A stretch of DNA of 64,000 nt from NCBI RefSeq assembly GCF_964194155.1, contig NC_135901.1:30566001-30630000 (forward strand), given 5' to 3'. A program made the position numbers and the translations under genes. Source of the DNA: Cetorhinus maximus (taxonomy: Eukaryota). Under the pieces are notes generated by a model. The model was not told the origin of the DNA. It searched no databases and worked only from the letters and a program-made list of their open reading frames with translations. Of this stretch, positions 62,701-64,000 are shown in pieces. The number at the start of each line of letters is the position of its first letter. Positions within the stretch are counted from its first letter, which is position 1.

Positions 62701-63917
62701 AGGTAGCTGTGGGAGTTGGTAGGCTTGTAAAGGATATTGGTGGACAGTCTATCACCAGAAATTGAGACGATTTGACCTCCTGCACCAACTCTTAAGCCAC
62801 GTATTCATCTGTGCTATTCTACTTCTGAGCTCACTAGCACGTGGCATTGGGAGTAATTCAGAGATTACAACCTGAGAGGTCTTGCTTTTTAGTCTACTAC
62901 CTAACTCCCTGAATTCTTGATGCCTCATCCCTCTTTCTACCTATGTCATTGGTACCAACATGTACCATGACCTCTGCCTTATCACCCTCCCTCTTCAGGA
63001 TGCCCTGCAGCCGTTCAGTGACATCCCGGACCCTGGCACCAGGGAGGCAACATACCATCCTGGAGTCACGTTGACGGCCACAGTAGCGCCTATCTGTTCA
63101 CCTGACTATAGAATCCCCTATTACTATTGCTCTTCCTCCCTTCCTCCCTTCCTGTACAGACAGGCTGCTTATGGTGCCAGAAACTTGGCTCTGTCCGCAC
63201 TCCCTGGAGGAACCAGCGCTCTCATCAGCCTCCAAAATGGAATACCGATTTGCGAGCAGAACCCCAGGGGACTCCTGAACTACCTGCCTATTTTTCTTGC
63301 ACTGCCTGGCGGTCACCCATTCCCTTCCTTCCTCAAGTCCCTTCATCTGCGGTGTGACCACCTCTCTAAACATGCTATCCACGATGCTCTCAGACTCGCG
63401 GATGCTCCACAGTGTCCCCAGCCGCCATTCCAGCTCTGAAACCCGAGCTTGCAGGAGCTGCAGCTGGGCACACTTCCTGCACACATGCTTGTCCCGGGCA
63501 CTGGAAATGTCCCCGGCTTCCCACATGGAGCACGAGGAGCACACCACGGCTTTGAGTGCTCCTGCCATGACTTATCCCTTTAAATTAAACCTTTTAAGTC
63601 AATTACTCTAGGGCCCTTCTTTCCTGATCCTCGTTACTGTAGAGTATACAAACTGTAAACCACAAAAAGACCTTAAACTATAAGCGATTAAAGTAGTAAA
63701 TACTTTACCCACTACTTACCAGTGGTTCCTTTCCCTTGTAGCCTCTCCTGCTGCAGCACGCTCTGAAGATTTCAGAAGTTGGATAGCAAGGAAAAAATGC
63801 AAAGAACACCTCGTCCCCTGTGCACCAAATTCCCGCTTTGCACCAAATTCTGAATACCCACTCTCGCTGTGCCCCACTTAGGATATGCTCACTCTCCTGT
63901 TCCTGTGCAAGCACACG
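59795..63917 (-). mobile_element. CR1 LINE with 5' UTR, ORF1 and RT; central part replaced by a Penelope
   Basis: ORF1 63098..63568 (VCSSCSMWE..CRKC, coiled coil, AIVIGDSIVR esterase start); RT pieces 61073-61375, 60387..60872 and 59857..60312. Empty site at ~7943. Confidence 0.92.
61376..62768 (-). mobile_element. Penelope-like element 3' part (thumb and GIY-YIG)
   Basis: ORF 61776..62585 is nearly identical to 39539..40192. Confidence 0.95.
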
Positions 63918-64000
63918 AGTAGCCTAGAACTCACAGCGCTCCTTTAGGAGAAGAAAAGATCGAGTAGATGTTACCCTAGGTGGGGCCAGAACAGAACTGG

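Overview
Eukaryotic, repeat-rich vertebrate DNA, most likely a cartilaginous fish (inferred from the CR1, Penelope and SINE families and from ZNF ORFs starting [10 protein letters not shown]; no search was run). The window is a tandem cluster of effector-less C2H2 zinc-finger genes: 5 apparently intact, 3 disrupted, 1 remnant, plus exon 1 of a further copy running off the left edge. All are built from one duplicated cassette: a CpG-rich promoter, a short exon 1 (donor CATCT|GTGAG), a repeat-filled intron, an exon 2 whose first ~350 nt are a fossil N-terminus plus three dead fingers, a finger array starting at a Kozak ATG in a linker position, and a conserved 3' UTR. Most copies sit in divergent head-to-head pairs. 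The rest is CR1/L2 LINEs, SINEs, solo-LTR-like sequence, a decayed GalEa-like Copia element and ~14 Penelope-like insertions, many with fold-back ends, 10-15 bp TSDs and minimal hammerhead ribozyme motifs. Coordinates were read by eye, so repeat boundaries are approximate.
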